Positions 38,448 to 48,090 of a DNA stretch of 64,000 nucleotides are shown here, piece after piece. The notes beneath the pieces are model-generated. The model searched no databases, was not told the DNA's origin, and saw only the letters and a program-made list of their open reading frames with translations. Origin of the DNA: Fibrobacteria bacterium (GTDB taxonomy: Bacteria; Fibrobacterota; Fibrobacteria; UBA11236; JADFYW01); NCBI GenBank assembly GCA_050294405.1, contig JBNKOC010000028.1, forward strand, positions 352,001 through 416,000, in the 5' to 3' direction. How positions within the stretch are numbered: position 1 is the stretch's first letter; each line of letters starts with the position of its first letter. The position numbers and the translations under genes are program-made.

Positions 38448-41400
38448 CTATTCGGCTGAAAAGGAGTCTAGCGCTTCGCGAATATCCTTTAAACTGGGGT
38501 CAATTTGCAGAGCGTTTTGCAAATGATGTATTACTTGCTTTTGACTGTTCATGGACTTGGAGTTTTCCCAAAGGTTAAGCAAGCTATCTTCGTCCAGGGG
38601 GTTTAAAAGCACGGCTGCTTCAAAAAGCCGATGTGCATCAGGGTTCATTTTACGCTTGTAGGCGATTACACCTAATCCGTTGATGGCCTTATAATTTTGG
38701 GGGTTTAAATCTAATGCATCCAAATAACTCAATGTGGCTTCATCCAAATTTCCAGCTTTCAAATGCTGGTCTCCATCCATAATTTTTTGTTGAGAGGAGT
38801 CTGCCTCTTCAAAATTATTGAGTTGGTAGATGTTTTCGCCCTTTTCGGAGATTAAATGGAGTATTTCCACCGCTTCTCTGCATCCGGGCTCCACCCGTAG
38901 GGCTTCATCCAGAATTGTCCGGAATTCCTCTATATTTTTGATAGCCAAACAGGCGTCAAAACCGTTAACCAAGGCGTCCACATAGGCTGGATTGATTAAA
39001 AGGGCCTTCTTAAAAAACTCCCAGGCAAGGGTCGCATCTTTTTTGTACCAGCTGATGAGACCCATGTTATTCAAGGAACGAAAATTTTGGGAATCTTCTG
39101 CCAATACAGATTGAAATAAATTTTCAGCTTTTTCAAGCAATCCTTCGCGAATGAGGTTTTCTCCGGCAATGTTTTTTTCTCTGGATGCTATAATTTTTTC
39201 AGCATCCCAGCTGCCTTCATTAGCCTCCAGTTTTAATTGCTGAAAAATCTGATAGGGCTCGGGAAGGCTAGCGGCTTTTCCAGGATAAGAAAAAACTTTG
39301 TTGAGGGTTCCCAGAACTTCTCCTTTTTTTCCCAGGGTAATACCGGCATCGCAATAGTTCACTAAAGTATCTTCGTCGAACAGGTTAAAGCTCAGGCTTT
39401 TTTCAAAATGATTCCAGGCCATTTGAGCGTCTGAACATTGGTAGGCGATAATACCGAGGCTATTGTAACAAAAAGCGAGTTGTTCCTGGTTTTGGATCAG
39501 GTTTTCCAATACATCAATGGCTTCGTGGTAACGCTTTTCCTGTATCAATTCTTCAATATGCTTTTGCCAGTGGTTTTTATCCATTTTGGGGCTTTGTTCT
39601 ACCGCTTTGCCAAATACTTTATTGTTTGGAAATTGGGTTATAAAAGCGTTAAGGCACGCTTCTGTTTCTTCGGCGCTACAGCCTTTGTTTAATACATCAA
39701 TAATATTTTGAGCTGTATCCGGATCATCGGGCTTTAAGCTAAGGGCCCGTTTAAAAAAACTAAGGGCATCTGCATAGTTTTCTAAATGGAAGGAAATTAT
39801 TCCAAGTCCGTTTAACCCGTCAAAGTTGCGGGGGTCGTTTTCCACCATGGACAAATACATGGCTTTGGCTTTTTCAAAATCACCTTCGTGGTATGCCGCT
39901 CCTGCTTCTTCCGCAAAATTTATTTCCGATGTAACCATATCCGAATCCTCCATTTGAGTATCGGCCAGGGCGGCAACACCCCGACTCCATTTTTCCTGGA
40001 ATTTTTTCAAATTTTCACTCATTAAGTTCTTCCAATCTACAGATTGGTGTGAATAACTCACGCTCCCAAAGTGAAATACAAAACTATCGTTGGCCACCAG
40101 TAATTGATAACCCCTGTACCTTGCCCTTAAGCAATAGTCATCATCCTCAAAATTTCCCTTTCCATAACGTTCATCAAAAAAGCCAATGTCCTTGAAAGCC
40201 TTTTTAGATATTAACATACAAAAGCCGGTGATTCGTTCGAACTCAAAAGCGCTTAAGTTGTTTGATGTTTGCCAGTTTGTTGAAAAGTCTTTTATATCTT
40301 CTTCAGTTTTAATAGGGCAGTCTTCAATTTTTTGGGGTCCGCTAATGTTATTGCTGCGGGGCCCCACAATTCCAATTTTGGGATTGCACTCGGCCAGGCG
40401 AACCATGTTTTCAAGCCAATTTGGATGAACAATAGTATCGTTGTTAAAAATCAATACATAATCACCTGTGGCTAACTTAAGCCCTTGGTTCCAGCCTTTG
40501 GCAACTCCTAAATTTTCTCGGTTAATAATTACTTTTGCATCGGGAAGGCTATTAAAATATTCTGCAGTGTTGTCCTGGCTTCCATTGTCCACTAATATCA
40601 ATTCGTATTTTTGCCGGGTGTTTTCAATTATAGAGTCTATACATTTTTTAGTATACCCAACTTGGTTGAATCCCAAAATGATAATGGACACCTTTTTATC
40701 CAACGCGTATTCCTCGCTGCGAGGTTCGCAATCAATTTGAATCCCCTCTCCCACCTCTCCAGCGGGGTTACTGGGTTCTTTTTCTTTTAAGCCAAAACTC
40801 TCAGCGCCATGTATGTAATAGCCATTATTCCATAGCCCTTCTTTGGCCTTTTGTATTGGGTTGGAATTTGCCAAAGCTGAGGGGGAACTGTTGTTTTCCC
40901 CGCTCTTTGATGGTGATATCCACAATACCAGCAATTTTTTTAAGTCTGGACACAGCTCTTTAATTCGCTTTAAATCCTCCTGGTACTGTGCCATGTCTTC
41001 AGTTGAATGCCGATATATTAAACATTCCAATGGTTGGGGAGTTGTTTGATTTCCTTCGGCAGTCCAAAAGTTGTGAAGCCCGGTTTTGGTAAAAGCCGTA
41101 TGTTGGTATCGGTTTAAATAGTTTCTTAAGCTTTCGGGGTATGCTGCAAAATTTTCTGTACTACCGGGTTTCGCCTCCACGCCTTCCTGGCTGTTTTTCC
41201 ACAGGACAGCGGGAAGCTGTCTGCTTTTTTCACTGCTATTGATTAGTTCCTGGAGGGAATTTTTGCCTTTTTTTGCCTTTCCAAGGGCTTCCATAACTTT
41301 TGTTTTGGAACCCACTATGCACAGTTTATCGAATTGAACATGGGGGCTTTCTAAATCGGACTTTTGAGGAATGTTTATAATTCCATCAGGGCTTTGTTTC

Positions 41401-42629
41401 GTATTGGCTAATACGTGATGAAAGTGAGAACTGAAAACCATTCCCGCTCTGCATATAATTAGATTTTCCTGTTGGGCCAGCATAATAGCTGACAGCAGCG
41501 CTTTTCCGCTTTCTGTTTGCGCGGGAAGGTTCAAGCTGGTTACACTTTGCCCATTGTCCGTTTCAAAATGTTTGGATCCATGATAACATACAATAACGTC
41601 CATTTCCTCTTCCAATAAAATACTGTCCAGAGTGCTTTGCAACGATTGAATTAGGTCCGAAGAATTCACGTATATTATCCAACTGGCAGGAGATTTGTTT
41701 TCATGTAAGGCGAAATCATTAATGGAATTCAATTGGATTCTGCCTTTGTTACTGGGAGTAAACCAATCCATTCCCCAAATTTCTCTGGAGCTGGGGACCT
41801 TGGCTTCATCGCCGTAATGGCGCACCAGTTTTTCATAAAGAGCATTAGTGGACTCCTCCACCAGTTTGTTGACTTTTTCGGAACTTTCGGTTTTAAAGCT
41901 TTTTTGTCCTTCGTGGAAAATATAAGTATCTGTGGCCACTACCATTTTTAATCCCTGCTCCTGCAAACGCCAACTTATATCCAGATCATCATTGCCCAGG
42001 AATAGATTGGGATCCATCTTCCCCATTTTATTAAACAGGCTGCGGGGAATCATAAGGCAAAATCCAATAAGCAATTTCGTGGTTAAGCCCTGTCCTTTAT
42101 TTTTTTGGCTTATTTCCCGGGAAAGCTCTATGATTTGTTCGGGCGAGTGGATTCGCATTTGGGTAAAGGCTTCGTATTTTTGAAGTCCGGCCACATAGTT
42201 GGATAAGGGGCCAACGGCTCCTACGTCTTTGTGAACAAAATGGGAGGCCATGTTGTCCAGCCAATTTGGGGTAACCTGCGTATCGGGATTTAAAAAAACC
42301 AAATACTCACCTGTGGCAACCTCGCTACCTATATTGCACGCCTTTGAATATCCCATGTTGTCTTCATTAAAAATCCACTGGACTTTGGGAAAAATTTCTT
42401 TTAGTTGAGAAGTACTGTCTTTGGAATTATTGTCTACTACAATAATCTCAGCGTCTTCGCTGTTGTATAATTCCAGCGACTTTAAACAATCCAATAGATT
42501 TTCACGGCAGTTGTAACTGACAATGATAACGGAATATTTTGCCTTAAATGTTTTCACCAGAATTGGAGAGTTTTTCTTTGAAGCCGAAACACTGCCGTTG
42601 CCTTCGGCCACCCGTTGAGGTTCTCTCAT
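38448..42629 (-). CDS. 1393-aa double GT2 glycosyltransferase with long C-terminal TPR region
   Basis: SVIIVSYN…VDNNS…FLNPD…GNDDLD and SIIILGFN…VDNGS…FNND…GNFEDDDYC; repeated (N/Y)N(G/S)LG(I/V)I TPR motifs after aa ~900. Confidence 0.9.
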   Translation of the reverse strand: MREPQRVAEGNGSVSASKKNSPILVKTFKAKYSVIIVSYNCRENLLDCLKSLELYNSEDAEIIVVDNNSKDSTSQLKEIFPKVQWIFNEDNMGYSKACNIGSEVATGEYLVFLNPDTQVTPNWLDNMASHFVHKDVGAVGPLSNYVAGLQKYEAFTQMRIHSPEQIIELSREISQKNKGQGLTTKLLIGFCLMIPRSLFNKMGKMDPNLFLGNDDLDISWRLQEQGLKMVVATDTYIFHEGQKSFKTESSEKVNKLVEESTNALYEKLVRHYGDEAKVPSSREIWGMDWFTPSNKGRIQLNSINDFALHENKSPASWIIYVNSSDLIQSLQSTLDSILLEEEMDVIVCYHGSKHFETDNGQSVTSLNLPAQTESGKALLSAIMLAQQENLIICRAGMVFSSHFHHVLANTKQSPDGIINIPQKSDLESPHVQFDKLCIVGSKTKVMEALGKAKKGKNSLQELINSSEKSRQLPAVLWKNSQEGVEAKPGSTENFAAYPESLRNYLNRYQHTAFTKTGLHNFWTAEGNQTTPQPLECLIYRHSTEDMAQYQEDLKRIKELCPDLKKLLVLWISPSKSGENNSSPSALANSNPIQKAKEGLWNNGYYIHGAESFGLKEKEPSNPAGEVGEGIQIDCEPRSEEYALDKKVSIIILGFNQVGYTKKCIDSIIENTRQKYELILVDNGSQDNTAEYFNSLPDAKVIINRENLGVAKGWNQGLKLATGDYVLIFNNDTIVHPNWLENMVRLAECNPKIGIVGPRSNNISGPQKIEDCPIKTEEDIKDFSTNWQTSNNLSAFEFERITGFCMLISKKAFKDIGFFDERYGKGNFEDDDYCLRARYRGYQLLVANDSFVFHFGSVSYSHQSVDWKNLMSENLKKFQEKWSRGVAALADTQMEDSDMVTSEINFAEEAGAAYHEGDFEKAKAMYLSMVENDPRNFDGLNGLGIISFHLENYADALSFFKRALSLKPDDPDTAQNIIDVLNKGCSAEETEACLNAFITQFPNNKVFGKAVEQSPKMDKNHWQKHIEELIQEKRYHEAIDVLENLIQNQEQLAFCYNSLGIIAYQCSDAQMAWNHFEKSLSFNLFDEDTLVNYCDAGITLGKKGEVLGTLNKVFSYPGKAASLPEPYQIFQQLKLEANEGSWDAEKIIASREKNIAGENLIREGLLEKAENLFQSVLAEDSQNFRSLNNMGLISWYKKDATLAWEFFKKALLINPAYVDALVNGFDACLAIKNIEEFRTILDEALRVEPGCREAVEILHLISEKGENIYQLNNFEEADSSQQKIMDGDQHLKAGNLDEATLSYLDALDLNPQNYKAINGLGVIAYKRKMNPDAHRLFEAAVLLNPLDEDSLLNLWENSKSMNSQKQVIHHLQNALQIDPSLKDIREALDSFSAE

Positions 42630-42652
42630 TTTATTTCCTCTTTATTATATGA

Positions 42653-43015
42653 TTATGGCAACAGGTGTTGCTTTAACAAAGTGATGATTTTTTCGGCTGT
42701 TTCCTGATCGATTCTATCATTGGGTTGGCCAAGGCTCGAGGCCCGGTTTTGTTGGGCGAGAGCCCTTTTGGCCCCAGCAATGGATAGGCCGTCCTCTTTG
42801 AGCATGGTAAATATCTTTTTGAGCCGGACGATTTGCGCGGAACCGTAGCGTCGCTGTCTTCCCAAGGTGCGGGGGGGGATAAGGTAGTTTGGAAATTCTT
42901 TTTCCCAATAGCGAATTGTATGGGTAGGCACTCCCACAATTTTGGAAACATCTCCAATACTAATCATAGGATCTTCTTCATCTTTTACATCAGTCCATTC
43001 TGCTGTTTGTAACAT
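42653..43015 (-). CDS. MerR-family HTH regulator (short, no recognisable effector domain)
   Basis: ISIGDVSKIVGVPTHTIRYWE…GRQRRY…GLSIAGAK; ATG 43015 follows GGAGG. The ORF track starts at 43027. Confidence 0.88.
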   Translation of the reverse strand: MLQTAEWTDVKDEEDPMISIGDVSKIVGVPTHTIRYWEKEFPNYLIPPRTLGRQRRYGSAQIVRLKKIFTMLKEDGLSIAGAKRALAQQNRASSLGQPNDRIDQETAEKIITLLKQHLLP

Positions 43016-43057
43016 TTTTGCCTCCAAAAAAAGCCGAGTTTCGTTTTCTCAGATTAA

Positions 43058-43074
43058 AGCAAAATTGGATCCAA
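43058..43074 (-). promoter_or_regulatory. Weak candidate sigma-54 promoter for the MerR-GT operon
   Basis: Minus strand TTGGATCCAATTTTGCT has GG-N10-GC and TTGCT but lacks the CAC of the -24 box. Confidence 0.3.
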
Positions 43075-43343
43075 TAATAAAAGTGCTAAAAAATTTGAAA
43101 TTTAAGCGAATTCTTAAACTGAAAATTAAAGTAGAAGTAAAATTTTCCTAGCAGCTCTTCTGAATCAGAAAAAAATGCCGGGACAATTTTGCTGCTCTAA
43201 ATTGGGGAATTGGGGTTAAAAAAAGACTGTGCGCGATTCTCATTTTCTCCTAATAATTGTAAATAGTTATTAATTTTTCCCTGGGGCTTAAAAAACGCCC
43301 TTTAAACTTTTTTACGAATTTTTTTGATATTGGAAGTCCCTCT

Positions 43344-46300
43344 ATGAAATTTAGTGATTTTTTTAAACCAAGTTGGAAACACAGCGACCCTAAAATTAGA
43401 ACAGAAGCCATTAAACAGCTTTCTGAAGAATACAACCTAAACGACCTCAAGGAAATTGCCATCCAGGATGATTTAGCCGAGAATCAGAAACTAGCATTGA
43501 AGAAAATTTCAAATGAAAATGCCCTGGCGGAAATTGCAAACTCGTCCCAACAAAAGGGTATTGCAGAACAAGCGCAAAAAAAATTAAATGAGATTTGGTC
43601 TAAAAAAGCCTTGGAAACATCTGATGAAAGCCAAGCGCTGGACTTAGTTGCTAAAATTTCGGATTCAAAATTCATTGAATCAATTGCTTTGAATCACAAA
43701 TCCATTAATGTGCGAAGAAAATGTATGCAGGCTTTGAACAACCCAAATAGCCTGTATAAGTTAGCCCTGGCCGAATCAACAGATGAAATTGCCTTGGAAG
43801 CTTTTAAGTCCATAACTAAAACATCCCAGTATGAAACCCTGGCAAAAAAAGCAACGAATAAGCAAGTGAGGTTAAAGGCTAAGGAAAAATTAAATACAGG
43901 GGTTACAGGCACTGTTAAAAAATCCGATTCCGATATTGCGCTGGCGAAGGCTGAAGTCCTTTGCAGCTCTATGGAATCCTTAACTAAACCGGACGATTGG
44001 AAAGAAGCAAAAATCAAAGCGGATGAATTGTCCAAGGCTTGGTTAGAATTGGAGAACGCTAATTTACCTGAGAGTTTTTCAGGGCGTTTTGAAAAGGCTT
44101 TGGCCGAATTTAATGAACATTTAAAAACCCATGAAGAAAAAGAACGTCGAAGAAAAGAGCAGGAAAAACTTTCAGAACAAAGTATACAAGGCCGCCGGGA
44201 AATTTGCGAAGAACTCGAAAAAATAAGCCAGTCTAAATTAACAGACGAACGTATGGCTCGTGTAGATGAACTAACTGCAAAGTGGCAAACGCTCCCCAGC
44301 CAGGGAAGCGAAGAAGAGGGTCTTCTCAACAATCGCTACCAGCAGGTGTCCCGCTCTTTAATAAACGATGTTAAGGAACAGCGCAAAAATAGCAATCAGG
44401 ATGATAGCATTTCCCGTGTATTAAATATTATGGAAGGCTTGGCTCAAAAAGATTTGGAGCCTGCCGATATCCCTCAATATGAAGAAGCCCTGGAAATTTG
44501 GGCTGAGCTTTCGCTTTCTCCTGAACATCCGGCCATAAGCAAGGTTGAAGATTTAAAAATCGCCATTGAAGGGAAGATGGAAGGCTATCGTGAATCCCAT
44601 AAGGAAATTCAAATTTCAAATTTGGACAAGCTCTCGGAAATTGTTTCCAGTATTGAAAAACTGATGGAAAACAACGAGTTGGCTCAGGCTGAAAAAAAAT
44701 TCAAGGCCCTTTTAGGGCAGTGGCGGGATTTGGATCATTCGGATTTGTTGGAAGGCGAACATCTTTCTCGTTTTAATGATTTGCAAGGCCAATTTGATTT
44801 AGCCAAAGCCAAATTTTTGGAAGCGCAGGAATGGGCCCGTTGGGCCAACCTTCAGAAAAAGCAAGAAATTACAGAGAGCTTAAAAACGGCCATCGCTGAA
44901 AATTCGGATCCTAAAGCCCTTTATGCAAAAATGCGGGAGCTGCAATCAGAGTGGAAAAATATTGGCCCTGTTAGTTGGGATAGCTCCCGGGAAATTTGGG
45001 AGGAATACCAAAAAATTATCGATGATATTTATGAGAAATGCCAGGATTACTTTGAGGAATTAGCCGAAGAGCGTAAATCAAACTTGGAGGCCAAACTCAA
45101 GCTTTGTGAATTAGTGGAAAAGGAAATGGAAAGCACCCGGCTTTTGGAAGCTACTGAAAGAGTTAAAGATGCCCAAACGGAATGGAAAAATATTGGTTCT
45201 GTTCCTAAGGAAAACTCTGAGGAAGTTTGGACCCGTTTTCGAAATGCCTGTGATAAATTTTTCAGTTTGCGAAAAGAAATGCATCACGAACTGGAAAAGG
45301 AAAAAGGCGAAAACCTGGCCAAAAAAATCGAGCTTTGCGAACTGGTGGAATCTGTAAAAGATTCGAAAGAATGGAAGAAAACTGCGGCGGTTTTGAAAAA
45401 GGCCCAACAGGATTGGAAAGAAATTGGTCCTGTACCAAAACAAGATTTGGAAAGTATTTGGGAGCGCTTTCGCAATGCTTGCGATTTTTTCTTTAATGCC
45501 CGCGATGCATACTTCAAGGAACTGGAGTCTGAAAAAGCGGATAACCTAATTAAGAAAGAAGCCCTGATTCAAAAACTGGATGGTTTGAAGGATATTGAAG
45601 GCGATAATGAAAAATTCAAATTTATTAAAGATCTTCAAGCCGAATGGAAGGGTATTGGCCCTGTAGATAAAAAGGTAATGAATGAAATTTGGGAGCGTTT
45701 TCGCACTCCCATTGATGCCTTTTTTGAAGAACGAAAAGAAAAATTTGAACAGGAAAAACAGGTTCGGGAAGAAAACCTGGGAAAAAAAGAAGCCCTTTGC
45801 GAAAAAGCCGAAGCTTTGGCCGAATCCAACCAATGGAAAGCTACTTCCGAAGAGCTTAAAAAGCTGCAAGCCGAATGGAAACAAATTGGTCCGGCCCCTC
45901 GGGAAAAGGACCGAGCTGTTTGGGAGCGATTTAGAGCTGCCTGCGATGGCTTTTTTAACAAAATGAAGGATCACTATCGTCAATTAGATGAGCAAAGAGA
46001 CTTAAACCTTTCTGTTAAGGAGGATTTGTGCTTTCAGGCTGAGGCACTTGCAGGTTTTGTTAGCAATCCCAACGAAGAAAATATTCCTTTGGAGGATCGC
46101 AATTGGGAGGAGTCTTCCAATAGAATAAAAGAGTTGCAGAAAAAATGGAAAGCAACAGGCCCTGTTCCTAAATCAAAAAGTGATGAGCTTTGGGAAAAAT
46201 TTCGCTTAGCATGTGATTATGTTTTTGAAGCAACCAGAGTGGCTGGCAATGAAGGGGCTTTTGATTTGGAAGCCAATTTAGCAGCTAAACTGGAAATGTG

Positions 46301-46484
46301 CGAAAGTGCGGAGGTTATTTCCAATCAGGTTCACACAGATGCCCAAATTCAGAAAATCAAGGATTTACAGTATCAGTGGAAGTCTGTGGGTCCTGTTCCT
46401 CCAGAGCAGTTTGGCGAGCTTTGGAAACGCTTTAAAAGTGCTTGCGATGTGGTTTATGGTGAGGATGAACGCCTTAGGGTGTGA
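43344..46484 (+). CDS. DUF349-repeat alpha-helical protein
   Basis: Seven clear WK.(I/T/V)G(P/S)(V/A)…W units, most ending RF..ACD, plus degenerate copies; N-terminal HEAT-like helices. Confidence 0.85.
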   Translation: MKFSDFFKPSWKHSDPKIRTEAIKQLSEEYNLNDLKEIAIQDDLAENQKLALKKISNENALAEIANSSQQKGIAEQAQKKLNEIWSKKALETSDESQALDLVAKISDSKFIESIALNHKSINVRRKCMQALNNPNSLYKLALAESTDEIALEAFKSITKTSQYETLAKKATNKQVRLKAKEKLNTGVTGTVKKSDSDIALAKAEVLCSSMESLTKPDDWKEAKIKADELSKAWLELENANLPESFSGRFEKALAEFNEHLKTHEEKERRRKEQEKLSEQSIQGRREICEELEKISQSKLTDERMARVDELTAKWQTLPSQGSEEEGLLNNRYQQVSRSLINDVKEQRKNSNQDDSISRVLNIMEGLAQKDLEPADIPQYEEALEIWAELSLSPEHPAISKVEDLKIAIEGKMEGYRESHKEIQISNLDKLSEIVSSIEKLMENNELAQAEKKFKALLGQWRDLDHSDLLEGEHLSRFNDLQGQFDLAKAKFLEAQEWARWANLQKKQEITESLKTAIAENSDPKALYAKMRELQSEWKNIGPVSWDSSREIWEEYQKIIDDIYEKCQDYFEELAEERKSNLEAKLKLCELVEKEMESTRLLEATERVKDAQTEWKNIGSVPKENSEEVWTRFRNACDKFFSLRKEMHHELEKEKGENLAKKIELCELVESVKDSKEWKKTAAVLKKAQQDWKEIGPVPKQDLESIWERFRNACDFFFNARDAYFKELESEKADNLIKKEALIQKLDGLKDIEGDNEKFKFIKDLQAEWKGIGPVDKKVMNEIWERFRTPIDAFFEERKEKFEQEKQVREENLGKKEALCEKAEALAESNQWKATSEELKKLQAEWKQIGPAPREKDRAVWERFRAACDGFFNKMKDHYRQLDEQRDLNLSVKEDLCFQAEALAGFVSNPNEENIPLEDRNWEESSNRIKELQKKWKATGPVPKSKSDELWEKFRLACDYVFEATRVAGNEGAFDLEANLAAKLEMCESAEVISNQVHTDAQIQKIKDLQYQWKSVGPVPPEQFGELWKRFKSACDVVYGEDERLRV

Positions 46485-46519
46485 TTCCTTTTCGCCATTA
46501 ACAATATATGTTATAAATG

Positions 46520-46616
46520 AGGATTTGAAGAAGAGCAGAACGCCCTGCCTTTGGGCCACCTCCGTAAAAGCGGGATGGGGAACCTCAAAGCCACGAAAAA
46601 CAGGGGAGGCTTTTTT
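46520..46616. ncRNA. Putative structured RNA or complex terminator between convergent genes
   Basis: GC-rich ~100-nt island with nested pairings (CCCTG/CAGGG, CTTTGGG/CTCAAAG, CCGT/GCGG), upstream TG-n-TATAAAT and a terminal T6. No family recognised. Confidence 0.3.
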
Positions 46617-46626
46617 ATTGGAAAAT

Positions 46627-47418
46627 TTATTGCTTGATTAACTCTTTAGCCCGGTACGCTTCGTTGGAACCATCGCATTTTTTAATAAGGGTATTCCAGA
46701 TTTCGTTCCGTTTCTTTTTGTTCTTTAATTCGTCTTCAATTAATCCCAATTTAAAATAAGCTGAGCACATTTTACTGCCTTGGGGGTATTCACTTACATT
46801 GCGGTTATAGTATTCAGAGGCTTCTTTGTATTTTTTTTCTTTATAATGGCATTCGCCCATCCAATATAAAGCCAAGTCTTTGTAAGTGCCAGTTATATCT
46901 TTTTGTAAGACAGTTTCAAAGCCTTTGAAAGCCACCTGGTACTTTCCGGCAATGTAATCTTCTCGGGCTTGATTGTATAATTTTTCAAGATCGAGGCCTG
47001 ATACAACTTTGGCGGATGGAACTCCGGAAGTATCTCCAGAATCTGCCGGAACTCCAGTTATCATTAGCCGTTGGCTGGCAATGGCATCAAGTTTTTTTTC
47101 TAATTGCTTAAAACGGTATTGGGATTCGTCCATTTCAGATTTTAAACGTTCTAATTGCTCATCTAGTTGTTTGATAAGCATAGTGAGGTCGGCCTTCATT
47201 TTATTGGTGGCTCCACCCTGATTTACGTTTAAATCATCAATAACTTTTTGCAGCACTTTAACTTGGTTGGTAAGCTCGCCAACCTGCTGATTGGTTTTAT
47301 CTACGTTGGCTTCGACTCTTTTTAAGCGCGCACAACCGCTGAACATTAAAACAAAACCCATTCCCAAAATGGAAACAGATTTTGCTGTTAAAATTCTCTT
47401 ATTGCGAAAAAAATTCAT
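46627..47418 (-). CDS. cpoB: Cell division coordinator CpoB/YbgF (coiled coil + TPR), lipoprotein-type
   Basis: Lipobox FSGC, long coiled coil, LYNQA…ALYWMGECHY…YP…AYFKLG TPRs; directly downstream of pal. Confidence 0.88.
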   Translation of the reverse strand: MNFFRNKRILTAKSVSILGMGFVLMFSGCARLKRVEANVDKTNQQVGELTNQVKVLQKVIDDLNVNQGGATNKMKADLTMLIKQLDEQLERLKSEMDESQYRFKQLEKKLDAIASQRLMITGVPADSGDTSGVPSAKVVSGLDLEKLYNQAREDYIAGKYQVAFKGFETVLQKDITGTYKDLALYWMGECHYKEKKYKEASEYYNRNVSEYPQGSKMCSAYFKLGLIEDELKNKKKRNEIWNTLIKKCDGSNEAYRAKELIKQ

Positions 47419-47432
47419 TACGGAAGGTTTTT

Positions 47433-47460
47433 AAAAAAGGGCCTGGTAAGTTCCAGGCCC
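47433..47460 (-). terminator. Intrinsic terminator between pal and cpoB
   Basis: Minus strand GGGCCTGG-AACTTA-CCAGGCCC-TTTTTT. Confidence 0.85.
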
Positions 47461-47470
47461 GGAGTCGAAA

Positions 47471-48001
47471 TTATTGGATGCTGGTTGTGGCGGTAAATTC
47501 TGCGCGACGGTTTTGGGAATCTTCTTCGCTGGCAGGTTGTTCTTCGCCGTAGCTCACTATATTGAGACGAGAAGCTTCAACTCCGTAACCTTCGAGATAT
47601 TCCATAACCATTTTAGCACGACGTTCGCCAAGAGCCAGGTTATAGTCTTCGGTGCCAACCTGGTCTGTGTGGCCAGCAATTCTAACTTGAATGCTGCGAC
47701 CGGCTTCGCCAGATTGCATAATGGAACCCACCTCAGACAAAATTTCTTTTGCTTCGGGTTTTAATTCTGATTTATCAAAATCAAAGTAAACTTTGTTACC
47801 CAAAAGTTTGTTTAACAATTCCTGAACTTTTTGAGCCAACAGTTCGGCTTCGCTAGGACCAGTTGGTTCTGGTGCCACTTCTTCAACTTCTTCAACCGGT
47901 GCTGGAGGAGGAGGAGTTGGTTCGGGTTCAGGTTTGGGTTTGGAACAATTAAAAACAAATAATGCTATTGCTGTGAGAGATAGAATTTTTGCAAGCATCA
48001 A
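47471..48001 (-). CDS. pal: Peptidoglycan-associated lipoprotein Pal
   Basis: Lipobox VFNC; VYFDFDKS, GHTD…YNLALGERRA, VSYGEE and NRRAEF OmpA-like motifs; follows tolB. Confidence 0.93.
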   Translation of the reverse strand: MMLAKILSLTAIALFVFNCSKPKPEPEPTPPPPAPVEEVEEVAPEPTGPSEAELLAQKVQELLNKLLGNKVYFDFDKSELKPEAKEILSEVGSIMQSGEAGRSIQVRIAGHTDQVGTEDYNLALGERRAKMVMEYLEGYGVEASRLNIVSYGEEQPASEEDSQNRRAEFTATTSIQ

Positions 48002-48090
48002 AACCTCCGTAATAAGATAAACCAGAAAATAAAAATTTTAAGAAAATGTACCAATTCCTCAGTGAGAAAATAAAAAAAAATCAATAAAAA

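Noticed and set aside
43694..45983. Long antisense ORFs (e.g. 43694-44332, 45546-45983)
   Set aside because: Ser/Phe-rich mirror frames of the Glu/Lys-rich DUF349 gene.
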